This document shows positions 14,170 to 25,878 of a DNA stretch of 64,000 bases, in pieces; position 1 is the first letter of the stretch, and the number at the start of each line of letters is the position of its first letter. The position numbers and the translations under genes are program-made. The notes under the pieces were generated by a model. That model saw only the letters and a program-made list of their open reading frames with translations, made no database searches and was not told where the DNA came from. Origin of the DNA: the human T2T-CHM13v2.0 reference genome, Homo sapiens; the NCBI RefSeq assembly GCF_009914755.1, contig NC_060936.1; one strand, written 5' to 3'.

Positions 14170-14300
14170 AGGCAGGCGCCCTTATCCCCATTTTACAGAT
14201 GAGGAGACTGAGGCTCAGCGAGGGTAGAAGGGTCCCCGATTCCCACACTCAGAATTGGTGGAGCCCGAGTCAGCCCGAGTCCATCTGACCCTGGAGCCGC
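14170..14300 (-). mobile_element. MIR
   Basis: CCCCATTTTACAGATGAGGAGACTGAGGCTCAG is the reverse MIR core. Confidence 0.85.
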
Positions 14301-15099
14301 CCCTGCTCAGCCCTGGGCCCCGCCCACCAGGGCACAGCCAGTTTGTGAAGGATTTTAACAGAAAAGCCACAAATCTGATGTGAAGACGCCTACCTGAGAG
14401 ACGGTGAGCCGAGGGGTGACCCGGGGCAGGGAGCAATGAAGCCCCTGGAGCAGGGCCCAGGGAGCCGGGCCGAGGAGAGTCTGGGAGGTGCATCAGCCTC
14501 TGGGACTCTTAGGAAGCTCCAACGATGACACCGGCCGTCCCTCACCTGAAAATGCACAGGCTGCGTCACGTGGGAGGGAGGAGTGACTGTTTCTGAGAGC
14601 GAGGAGCCTCCTAGTGCACAGAATGGGTCAGCCGCTGAGCAAATGCTGCATTGCAGGCCTGGCCCTGTGTGACTCTGGGGAACATTCTGGCCGCCAGTGC
14701 ACATCTGAGGCCAGCTCTCCCCTCCAGCTATTTGATCCAGGGCAGAAACTGATCACACCCAAGCCCAGAGGCCCCGAGGATATCGCAGAGACCCCGAGGA
14801 AATCGATCGAAACCAGACTCATTTCCACGGTTCAGGAGCTTGTCACTGCTCCTGACCTGCTGCTGGGTCCTCCTGGGTGCTTCAGGCTGGAGCAAGGAGC
14901 ACGGGCGGCTCCGGAGGCTCTGGAGGGGGAAGGAGCCACCCAGAGCCCGGGGGAGCAGGAGCAGCGTGAACAGTGACTTGGGGGTTATTTGTTGGGTGCC
15001 CTGCAGACTTGGCTCTGTAGGGAAACAAGCCCCAGAGATGCCCAGGTCCTGGTCCGTGACAAACGCGCACTGTGTGTGTAAGTGGGAACCAGCCGGGAC

Positions 15100-15420
15100 G
15101 TGCTAGGCTGCCCTGCGGTAACAAACATCCCCGATCCCAGCTGCTCACGAAGGGAAAGGCTCGCCCCCGCTCACGCTCTTCGTCCATTGTCCCTTGGCTG
15201 GGCGTCTCGTCCTCGCCATCTGCACTTCCTGCTGCTCAGAGGGAGGGAGAGAGAATGTGACGAATAACTCATGAAGCACTAAAGCTGCTGCCCAGAAGCC
15301 ACGCCCCTCACTTCCTCTCCAGTTTTATGGACAAAGGCAGTCGCATGGCCCAGCCTGATGTCAGTGGTGGGGAAGGTCCTCTGACACGGAGGGGCTGTGA
15401 GTGTTTATGAGCAGCCGTGC
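15100..15420 (-). mobile_element. Old MaLR LTR (MLT1-family) fragment
   Basis: GCTGCCCTGCGGTAACAAACATCCCC.. and ..AAAGCTGCTGCCCAGAAG..CACTTCC..GCATGGCC resemble reverse MLT1 text. Confidence 0.45.
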
Positions 15421-15559
15421 TGTGGGCTGTGCCAAGCGTTGTCTCTTCCCTCTCCCTGGTGAGCCCACGCCAGTGCATCTCTGCTGAGGGGGCCCTTCCT
15501 GCTCTTAGACTTGTCTTTTGGAAAAGGCTCCAGAACTCCTCAGGCAAGACCGTGTGACT

Positions 15560-15965
15560 TCCCCAAGCCTAAGCCAATCAGGGCATTTATTCCACCAGCC
15601 ACTGTGATTGGCTGAGGGATGGACATGTGACCCAATCCGACCCAGTGAGATCCAATGAGATGATTGCAGGGAATGCTGGGACGGAGGCAGGTGGCTTCCC
15701 AGTGGACCTGAAGCTGAGACAATGTGAGGTCCGGAGGGGCTGCAGCCATTTTACATCCATGAAGGAGGAGCCTGTCAGAGAAAGGAGTCAACGTGAAAGG
15801 AGCAAGGAGACAGTGGTGTGGGGAGAGAGGCATCGGGCCCTGATGGCGCCATGGAGCCTGAACCCAGTCTTGCAGGAGCCAGCGGTAGCCCTGGACTGTG
15901 CAGGAGCTTGAATCCGAAATCCCCTGGTTAAAGTTGGCTTTTCTGTCACTTGTATCCCAACGAGT
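15560..15965 (+). mobile_element. MLT1K/L-like LTR
   Basis: CCAATCAG..GTGATTGGCTGAGGGATGGACATGTGACCC..GCAGCCATTTT..GTTGGCTTTTCTGTCACTTG. Confidence 0.65.
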
Positions 15966-16079
15966 TCCAGCTGCTCAGAGCACTTAGGGCCCTGTCTGGC
16001 CTTCCTCACGACACAAGACAGGGACAGGGGAAGGGTCCTCTGACACGGGGTGACCTCCTCCCAGGCTCGGGCCATGGAC

Positions 16080-16290
16080 TAGCATGAGACTTCGGAGCTC
16101 AACCCTGGATTCTGATGGCCTGGGGTGAAGTCCGGCCTCTCCTCTTGCTCACTGTGCAACTTCTACCTCACTTTACTTATGTTCAATTCAGGAACATAAC
16201 AGAACACACCTCATAGGGCTGCTGTGAAAATGCAGGGGATTAGACAAGTAAATTCCTGGTGCCTGTAAGGGGTCAAATAATGTCAGCTGG
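16080..16290 (+). mobile_element. MIR fragment
   Basis: ACACACCTCATAGGGCTGCTGTGAAAAT resembles the MIR 3' half. Confidence 0.55.
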
Positions 16291-16898
16291 GCTGTCCCTA
16301 TGTCCCCAATACCCAGCCCAGTGTCTGGAGTGGGAGCGCCTCAGGACATGTGTGACGAGGGTGTGGGATGAGATCACATAAGGGCTGTAAACCCCCTGTG
16401 AGGAGGAGGATCCCAGAGGACAAGGGAGCAAGGGTCCCCTGGAAGGTGTAGGTCAGGAGCTGATGATCAAGGAATAGTGGGATGAAGATGGAAAGAGGGA
16501 GGTGGGGAAGAGAGGATAGTCCCACTGACCAGCCATGAGGACAACTGGGAGGGGCTGGCCAGAGTCACAGTTGAGGATTCCCTATCACGAAGCAAATGTA
16601 CAAGGACCACAGTGGCATGATATGGCATGATGTGTTATGACATATCACCCAGTGAGGGAGGGTGGTTGTGAAATATCATGGACTGCCTTCTCTCCTACTT
16701 GGTGAAAAAATTATTTGAATATCATTTCATTAAATTAAGACTGGAAGGAGAGCTATCAAAATACTACTAGTGAGAGTGAGTGACCAGATTTTTTCTTCTG
16801 CTATTTTAGGCAAAAAATTATCTAGTTTTAATTTCACCCTATCTGAACATATTCCCTTTGTAAATCTCCGAATAGTGCATATATATTTTTAAAAAGAG

Positions 16899-17220
16899 GG
16901 CTGGGCACCGAGGCTCATGCCTGCAATCCCAACACTTTTTGAGGCCAAAGCAGGATGATCTCTTGAGTCCAGGAGTTTGAGACCAGCCTGGGCAACATAG
17001 AGAGACCTCATCTCTAATAAAAATCAAAAAAATTAGCCAGGCATGGTAGCGTCTGTAGTCCCAGCTACTTGGGAGGCTGAGGGGGAAGGACTGCTTCAGC
17101 CCAAAGGGTGAAGGCTGCAGGGTGCCAGTATGGAGTCACTGCATTCTAGCCTGGGTGACAGAGTGAAACCGTATCTCAATAAAAACATTTTTAAATAAAT
17201 TAAATAAAATTAAAAAAAAC
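16899..17220 (+). mobile_element. AluJ
   Basis: GGCTGGGCACC start, J-type CTCTTGAGTCCAGGAG and CTGGGCAACATAG, A-rich tail. Confidence 0.92.
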
Positions 17221-17289
17221 AAGTGAATCAACACACAATGAAAAATGACCTCACTTTCTCAAATAAATCAATGACATATAGAAAAGACA

Positions 17290-17564
17290 TTTGGGAGGCC
17301 GAGATGGGTGGATCACCTGAGGTCAGGAGTTCGAGACCAGGCTGGCCAACATGGTGAAACTCTGTCTCTACTAAAAATACAAAAATTAGCCAGGTGTGGT
17401 GGCGGGTGCCTGTAATCCCAGCTACTCGGGAGGCTGAGGTGGGAGAATTGCTTGAACCGGGAGGCTGCAGTGAGCCGAAACCACACCGCTGCACTCCAGC
17501 CTGGGTGACAGAGTGAGACTCCATCTCAAAAAAAATAAAAATAAAGTAAAATAAAGAAAAAAAA
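17290..17564 (+). mobile_element. AluS (Sx/Sz-like), 5'-truncated by ~38 nt
   Basis: Begins TTTGGGAGGCCGAG. 13-bp TSD AGAAAAGACATTT at 17280-17292 and 17565-17577. Confidence 0.93.
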
Positions 17565-17598
17565 AGAAAAGACATTTAGTAAAAGAAAGGAGGAAGGG

Positions 17599-19170
17599 GT
17601 GACTGTGATGATGACGATGATGATGGTAATGGTGGTGGTGATGGTAATGGTGGTGATGATGGTAATGGTCATAGTGATGATGGTAATGGTGGTGATGATG
17701 GTAATGGTGGTGATGATGGTAATGGTGGTGATGATGGTAATGGTCATAGTGATGATGGTAATGGTGATAGTGATGATGGTAATGGTGATAGTGATGATGG
17801 TAATGGTGGTGATGATGGTAATGGTGATAGTGATGATGGTAATGGTGATGGTGATGATGGTAATGGTGGTGATGATGGTAATGGTGATAGTGATGATGGT
17901 AATGGTGATAGTGATGATGGTAATGGTGGTGATGATGGTAATGGTGATAGTGATGATGGTAATGGTGGTGATGATGGTAATGGTGGTGATGATGGTAATG
18001 GTGATGGTGATGATGGTAATGGTGGTGATGATGGTAATGGTGATAGTGATGATGGTAATGGTGATAGTGATGATGGTAATGGTGGTGATGATGGTAATGG
18101 TGATAGTGATGATGGTAATGGTGATAGTGATGATGGTAATGGTGGTGATGATGGTAATGGTGATAGTGATGATGGTAATGGTGGTGATGATGGTAATGGT
18201 GATAGTGATGATGGTAATGGTGATAGTGATGATGGTAATGGTGATAGTGATGATGGTAATGGTGGTGATGATGGTAATGGTGATAGTGATGATGGTAATG
18301 GTGATAGTGATGATGGTAATGGTGGTGATGATGGTAATGGTGGTGATGATGGTAATGGTGATAGTGATGATGGTAATGGTGATAGTGATGATGGTAATGG
18401 TGATGGTGATGATGGTAATGGTGGTGATGATGGTAATGGTGATAGTGATGATGGTAATGGTGATAGTGATGATGGTAATGGTGGTGATGATGGTAATGGT
18501 GGTGATGATGGTAATGGTGATAGTGATGATGGTAATGGTGATAGTGATGATGGTAATGGTGATGGTGATGATGGTAATGGTGGTGATGATGGTAATGGTG
18601 ATAGTGATGATGGTAATGGTGATAGTGATGATGGTAATGGTGGTGATGATGGTAATGGTGATAGTGATGATGGTAATGGTGATAGTGATGATGGTAATGG
18701 TGGTGATGATGGTAATGATGGTGATGATGGTAATGGTGGTGATGATGGTAATGGTGATAGTGATGATGGTAATGGTGGTGATGATGGTAATGGTGATAGT
18801 GATGATGGTAATGGTGATAGTGATGATGGTAATGGTGGTGATGATGGTAATGGTGATAGTGATGATGGTAATGGTGATAGTGATGATGGTAATGGTGGTG
18901 ATGATGGTAATGGTGATAGTGATGATGGTAATGGTGATAGTGATGATGGTAATGGTGGTGATGATGGTAATGGTGATAGTGATGATGATGGTGATGTTAA
19001 TAGTGATGAAGGAGATCTTGATGATGACAAAGATAATGATGATAATGTTGACGGTAAATAACAGAATGATAATGAAGAGAATGACAATATAACAGTGACC
19101 ATGACAATGACAATGGTGGGCAAGATGGTGATAATGAGGATGATGATGATAATGGTAATATTGGGGAATA
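17599..19170. repeat. GAT/GGT-based complex tandem repeat (VNTR) with 18- and 21-bp units
   Basis: Homogeneous core ~17620-18990 of GTGATGATGGTAATGGTG (18 bp) and ATAGTGATGATGGTAATGGTG (21 bp), with degenerate ATG-rich sequence to ~19170. Confidence 0.97.
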
Positions 19171-19379
19171 ACAAGGAGATCAGAATAAAATGCTTGAACT
19201 CCTCCCCCTTTGCCTTCCAGACCTCCATCCTCAACTCCATTCCCATCTATATCCTTTCATTTCCCCGAGGCAACAGAAAAACAGGGCATGCACTCGGCAC
19301 CCACGTCCCATCCATGAACTCAGGCAACCTGCTCGCAAGCTAGAACCAATGTTGTACTAAGGCCTTACAGGGCTGTGGC

Positions 19380-19555
19380 AAGAGGCACAGGCTCTGGTTA
19401 AATTAGACTTGGGTGTGGATGCAGGCCCCACTATCAGGAGCTGAGCCTAGATCCCGCCTCTGTAGAATGGGGATAATCATCATACCTTGCCACAGGATGA
19501 CCTTAAATACATATCAGAAGATGCATAAAACACACTGAGTCAGCATCTGGCACAC
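19380..19555 (+). mobile_element. MIR
   Basis: TCTGTAGAATGGGGATAATCATCATACCTTG..CTGGCACA. Confidence 0.7.
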
Positions 19556-19556
19556 G

Positions 19557-19591
<35 letters not shown>
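19556..19591. repeat. (CG)(CA)n microsatellite
   Basis: GTGCGCGCACACACA.., about 14 CA units. Confidence 0.92.
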
Positions 19592-20469
19592 CAGAGAAAT
19601 GATGCTCACATGGCCTTCCCTCCCCTCCGCCTGTAATTCTTCCGTCATGAATGTCAGTAGGGAACCACTGCAGATCCTGGAACAGGGGCTGTGCATGCTG
19701 CATCTTGTACATGTATTCCCTTCTCCCCTGCCCTGTAGAAAAGCACCCTTAACTTTTCACCCTCCCAGGACAGGGCAACAGCACCCACTGCCTGCACGAC
19801 CAGGATCTGAGGAACTGACCACCCTCTGAGGATAGCTCCTCCCTTCTGAAGCCAGGGATACATCCCCATTAACCACAGGGAGGGCGTTCTCTGCTATAGG
19901 CAGGGAGGGGACTGTTTATAGACTGAGAGTTCATGCTGGTTTATGTCATCAATAAAATGCTGCAATTACATAAAGCTATAATAAAGAAGCTGTTAACCTT
20001 ATTGTGTTGGAAAATTTTTCCAGCAATCTACTGAGGAGATTCGATAAAATCATACACTGTCTGCCACTCATGTGACAAACATCACACTAGATAAGAGACA
20101 TTCTGCCTTCAGGGAAATGGACACTATTTTATTTCTATTTAAAAACTAATTTTAATTACACAGAGATGCATGAACATATTCCTGGTCCACCATCTTGGGA
20201 AACTAATTTTCAGTTGTACACCCATGTAAGAACATTTTCCCCTCTAAAGCTAACGCATAACTCCTCCAATCTAACCACACCTCACGAAACCCTTGTAACC
20301 TGTGGCCTCTGTGGCGAACCTCTGCCACCCTGTGCAGTGGTCTTACAAACACACTGATGCATGCACAGAAGCATATGACGCATCTGACAACACAACGGAG
20401 ATCTATCTGCTGACATTTTGGCTGGGATGGCTGCCACTTTTCCACCCGACAAGGCCTCACTGGCAATGC

Positions 20470-20605
20470 TCTGGCTGTGATATTGGACCATCATTTTGCC
20501 AGAAGTTACTACTGGGGAAACTGGGTAAAAGTTGCAAAAGGTCCTGCATTACTTCTTACAACAGCACATGAATCTACAATTTTCTCAAAATCAAAGTTTG
20601 AATTG
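20470..20605 (+). mobile_element. L1MC/MD-type 3' end fragment
   Basis: GGGGAAACTGGGTAAAAG..TTCTTACAACAGCACATGAATCTACAATTTTCTCAAAAT. Confidence 0.7.
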
Positions 20606-20679
20606 AATATATATGATCTTTCATTGTTTACACACATATATTTGACTTGCCTGAAATGTATGCTTGGTTCATTGGGCCT

Positions 20680-21295
20680 GTGAGTCAGGCACAATCAAAA
20701 CCCTGCATTCCCCTGGCCACAATTATAGGAACACAGATGGATGTGTGGCCAAAACCAGACCTTTGGGAGACAAGGAAACTAAAATTTGAAACTCTGGTTT
20801 TGAAGGACTGGAGAAATCAAGCACCTCCCCTTCCAGCAGGGTTCCTGAGAGGCTGAGATGCAAGCCTCACGACCCCTAGAAGGTATCTTGACACCACAGT
20901 GAGGGATTCTGTCTGAGGAAGCAGCCAATACAGAGGAAGCACAGTAAGAGGCAACAGGAGAGAATTACGGAGATCTCCTGGATCCAGCCATGCCTGAAGA
21001 TAAACTATCCCTGAGTGGTTATTTGCATCAACAAACAATGGTGTTTAAGCCAATTCTAGAGATTTCTGCCACTTAGAAGTGCAAATAAATTCTCATTACA
21101 CTGTTGCAGCTCATCACCAACATGAAGTAGAGCCAAGAGGTGTAAAGAGCCTTCAGAGACCTAAGTTGCTCTCCTGGATTCAGCCATGCCTGAAGCTGAC
21201 ATACCTATGGATTGTTATATGTCAAAAAACTTTCCTTCTTACTGAAGCCAATTTGAGTTGGGCTTTCCGTCACTTACAATGGAAAAACTCCTGAT
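20680..21295 (+). mobile_element. MLT1J/K-like LTR remnants (two 3' ends)
   Basis: CCTGGATCCAGCCATGCCTGAAG..AAGCCAATT..TTTCTGCCACTT (~20980-21075), and CCTGGATTCAGCCATGCCTGAAG..TTTCCGTCACTTACAA (~21173-21280). Confidence 0.6.
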
Positions 21296-21299
21296 TACC

Positions 21300-21790
21300 C
21301 TGCTGTATCACAGTGATTTACACACAGTCAGCATCAGTGAATACTTGGTGAATAATTGATGAATAAAAGAATGAATGCAAATGAACACGTTTGACTACTG
21401 CAAGATGCACTCTTGCTGAGCACTCAAGTGGGGACAGAAAAAGGCTCTGGAAGGTCCCAGCAGATGCTATCTGCAGGTGGGAGGCTCGGGAGTGGTCTCC
21501 GGAGATGACATGTGAGCAGGGACTTCACAGAGGGGATGTTTCTATGGTGGGGACTCCAGACAAGCAGGCAGCAGGAGCGAAGGTGCTGGGGCTGGTGTGC
21601 AGGACAGCAGGGAGTCTGGGCACCATGGCAGAGGGTGTGTGAGGATGAGAGGAGGACGAAATGGGTGGGGTAAAGGCCTGGGTGTCCTGGTGAGGGGCAT
21701 GTCTGCACCACGGTCCAAGGAAAGAGGGGTCACTGCAGGTGCTTCACCATGAAGGGACAATGCAGGGATTTGCATGGAAAGCTGAGAAGG
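21300..21790. mobile_element. L2 fragments
   Basis: (GAAT)n L2 tail at ~21340-21385, followed by degenerate purine-rich reverse L2. Confidence 0.5.
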
Positions 21791-23239
21791 CAAAAGGCAG
21801 CTTGTGAGGTGAGGATCAGCCAGCACAGCAACCTGTCACTGACCCTGGGGTAGACCATGAGAGGGAGTAGGGTCCCCAGCTCAACAGGCCACAGCGGGGA
21901 CTGAAGCCATGGGGGAGATGCAGCCACTGCAGAGGGAGGCGCCCTGGGTCCTCCTGCCCCCACCCTCCACCACAGCCCCCCACCACTAATCCAGGCAGAC
22001 ACCAGCCCAGTCAGAGCCTGGGAAATGTGGCCTACCGGGGTGAGCCCAGAGACTCGTGGGAAGGGGGATGAAGGGGCCTGAGGACAAGCAGGCCAGGGCA
22101 GCCCCAATGTCCCTCCAGACCAACCCTGAGTCCAAGAGACTTCCAGAAGCCCCTCGTGGTGCTGCTCTGAAAACACCACGCTTCAGGAATGAGACAGTCG
22201 GCTCTTAGAGAAGCATCATTCCTCATCAGAGCAACAGGAAATGTAGTTCAATAACCAAAACTCAATCTCTTTTAGTCTAGACATAAATAATGAGATTTCA
22301 TAGAATTCTAATTTCAAGTGCAATATATTACACAATTACTATCCCTCTAATGTGATTTTATTCCTTTGAAATGGATTCGTGGATAGATTTGGCCTGGGTA
22401 TAAATCTGTGTTTACAGCTGGATCACGGGCACAGGCTGATGTCCCCTGTCTCTATGCCCAGTCCCCTGCTGCTGCACAAATGGCACGTATCACATTGTGC
22501 TAACCTGGGTCGCAGCAGGTAGCCTGCCCGCAATGTCCTGTCGAGGGCAAAAGTGCCCCCAGCAAACACACTGCCCATGGTCCTGCACTGGGCTCTAGCA
22601 GCCCCAGCTGAAAAGCCATTAGCATTTGAGCCACATGGATCTGCGGCCCTCAGCAAGTGGGCCGAGTGACCCTCCCGGACAGAGGCTGGAACGCCTACAT
22701 TTCACCTGGCCTGGAGCCATGACACTCATTACAGGACCCATTCTCCAGAACCCCAAGGTCACGGGCTTGTGGACATTCAATTTCACTTTCAAGGTCTAGT
22801 GGTGAGTGAGGGACCAAAGTCAGGCAGGCTCGGCTCCTTCTTGCAGATCCAGGGAAATAAGAAAGGAGATGTTCTGGGGTGAAGTCTTGTGTGTTTGTGG
22901 TTTTGTGTGCCTGTGTAGACAGTTGTTTCTGGGTTTGTGTGTGTGTGCATGTGTGTCTAAGTTTCACCTGCAGGTGTGTGTGTCTGGGTCTTTTCATAGG
23001 TTTTGCATGTTTGTCTTGTCAGAGATGTGTTTTCTCTGGATACGTGCTGGCCTGTCTCGCCCGTCTGCAGTCCAGCAGCAGGATGGATAAAGGATGAACC
23101 CGATCATCTCACTCCCTGGTCACATCCCTCCCATGGCTTCTGCATCATCGGGTTCTTTGCTGTAACCACAGAAGACCACCCGTCCAGCTGCATTAAGCAG
23201 GAGTAGCTCATTACAGATCACACTTCTCTGACTCCCATT

Positions 23240-23355
23240 ATACACAAATCCCCAGGGGTCTTGATAAAATGCAGACCCCGACTCAGCAAGTCTGGCTGGG
23301 ATATGAGATAGTGCATTTCCAACAAGACCCAGAGGCAGCGAATTCCTTGGGGCCA
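23240..23355. mobile_element. MER5-family (hAT-Charlie) fragment
   Basis: ATAAAATGCAGACCCCGACTCAGCAAGTCTGG..GCATTTCCAACAAGACCCAG. Confidence 0.6.
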
Positions 23356-25078
23356 GTGTGGACATCAGGAAGGTCCCGACGCTTCATGGGGGCAAAGACT
23401 CCATGGCTACAAATGTCCAGCCCACAACAAGGGCTGCTCCAAGGAAGGCCACTCAACCTGACCCCACAGCTCACTCTGCTGGCCCCGGGAGGGGACATCA
23501 ACCTTCTTCCTTCCCACTCCCGCTGAGTCCACCAGCCCTGCCAGCCCCAGTGCCCACACAGGGATCCACACAGCTGCCATCTTCCTCCAGTTCTTTTCCT
23601 GGGCAAAGGCTCATGGGAGGTTTCTGATTAGTTAAGCCTGAGTCACATCATGGGGCTCAGGTCACATGAGGGGCCTGGCTGCAAGGGATGCTGGGAAATA
23701 GAGTCTGGTTTCCCCCTTGGAACTGTGACAGACACCATGAGGGATGTGTGCCCATAGGAAGGGCGCTCACAGGGACCATTAGAGGCCATAAAACGCCCAC
23801 GACAGCTTCACCCAAACCCTGAACTCAGAGAAGATGGGCCTGAACTCGGCCCATCCCAATGGCCTTGGTCTAGAATATTCTCCCCCCACATCTCTATGCA
23901 GGCCTTAGCCCAAATATCACCTTCTCAGAGAGCTTTCCTGACCATTCCAGTCATTTCAGAATATGATACCCAAATCCAAGGCTGCGGCCCTGAGAAAACT
24001 GCCCAGAAGTTTCCCCAATGCCCCACCCCCTTTCAACACAAAACTAAAATGACTTTCCTGGGCCAGCCCAGCGAGGCACGGTGACACCAGTGGATCTGGC
24101 CCATGGACGCTCCCAGGCATCTCCCATACAGAGGCAGGGGTCCTCCCAGAAGAAGCGTTCTGGAGATCAAGCTGAGTCTGTGCTGCTGTGTCCACATGCG
24201 CGGCTCCTTCAGAAGTCTGGTTTCTTTGCCAGTGCCTTCTCTGCTGGTGTGGTCAGTGTTCTTGGCCCCAGCATTCAACAAGAATCCACTGTCCATGCAC
24301 GGCACTTTTAAAGGGTCTGCCCTCAACCAACGCAAATGCTGTTGGCAATACAGGTGCCCAGGGTGGGGAGGAAGCCTCAGGATTGGGGTCTGTGGGGTCT
24401 GTCTGCCTGCCTGCCTGCCTGCCTGAAGCAGGGTGAAGGAAATACTCTTCCGTATTTGAACGGCAAATCATTTCTCCATGCTCAAAAAAAATGAGCCCAG
24501 TAATTCAGGGAAGGAAGGAAGATAGAGGCCAGTGGTGTTGGGCATGCTGGGGCTCTCAGCTGCTGCGTGTTGTGGGCGGGGCTGTGGTGAACACAGTGAG
24601 TCCATCCCCACAGCCACTCTCAGGAACAGCAGAACAACCATCTGACATCTCCTGCATGAACCGGAGACCTCTAGCTGGTGTGTCTCAGGCTCTGGCAGGA
24701 TGTATCCAGGGGCCTGGAGACCCTCCGTGTGCAATGAACGGATCAGACTTGAAGAGCAGGGACAGTGGGTGGAAGAGATGCCTGCTGGGACTGAGCCACA
24801 GTGGACGCCTGGGGTGGTGCTGGATGCTAAGGGACTGCTGGGGGCTCCCCTCATCTGCCCATGCACTCACTCCCTTACTAGGTTTGGGTAAAGTGAGCCA
24901 TGTCTCAATAATGTGGAGGGTGGAATGGATGGGGTTGGGGAGAGAAAGAGAAGGGAGTGGACAGAGGGGGAAGTCGCAGCATCACCCAGGCGAGTGGACA
25001 GTAAGTCTGGAGACAAGTGGGAGCCATGAAGATGGAAACCAGGGATGGGGAGGGGGAAGATGACGGCAGAGCTGTTGG

Positions 25079-25878
25079 TGATATGGCAGTCGGGTGCTGG
25101 GCAGGGAAGGGCATGGTCCCTTTAAATGATATGGAAGTGGGAAAGTGCTGGGTAGAGGAGGGCATGGTCCCTGGCCCCATGGAACTAGGTGAGGACAGGC
25201 ATTTCCTGCCCAAATGTTGCATTTCCCAAGACCACCCTGGCCTGCCATGCCCCCATCCTATGCCTATAAAAACCCAAGACCCTAGCAAGGCAGACACACA
25301 AGTGGCTGGACGTCGAGAGGAGCACATCCGCGGAGGAACACACGGGTGGCTGGACGTCGAGAGGGACGCACTGACAGGCACCAGCAAGCCACAGGCCACC
25401 AACCGGCAGAATGATGTGGAGTTTGGCTGGGGCAGTTGGAGGACAGCCCAGACCCCAAGCGGCCCAACTCCAGGGGAAAATCATCTCCCTTCTGGCTCCC
25501 CCATCTGCTGAGAGCTACTTCCACTCAATAAAACCTTGCACTCATTCTCTAAGACCGTATGTGATTTGATTCTTCTGGTACACCAAGGCAAGAACCCTGG
25601 GATACAGAAAGCCCTCTGTCCTTGCGATAAGGCAGGGGTCTAACTGAGCTGACCACCACAAGCCACCTACAGACACCTAAACTAAAAGAGCACCCTGAAA
25701 CACATGCCCACTGGAGCTTCAGCTGTAAACATTCACCCCAGACACTGCCGTGGGGTTGGAGCCCCACAGTCTGCCTGACTGTATGCTACCCTAGAGGTTT
25801 GAGCAGCGGGGCACTGCAGAAGCGAGCACCCCCTCATCACGCACCTGCGAGGGGAACAAGGGAACTTTTCCCATTTCA
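25079..25878 (+). mobile_element. LTR1-family solo LTR (ERV1), inserted in an L2 relic
   Basis: TG..CA termini, 800 bp. 4-bp TSD TTGG/CTGG, TATA box CCTATAAAAA ~25263-25272, AATAAA 25527-25532, GGGCATGGTCCCTTTAAATGATA signature. Confidence 0.85.

Noticed and set aside
17599-19246. 497-aa and 500-aa ORFs as genes
   Set aside because: They consist almost entirely of triplet-phased repeat units, with no domain or gene structure. Reported only as a repeat property.
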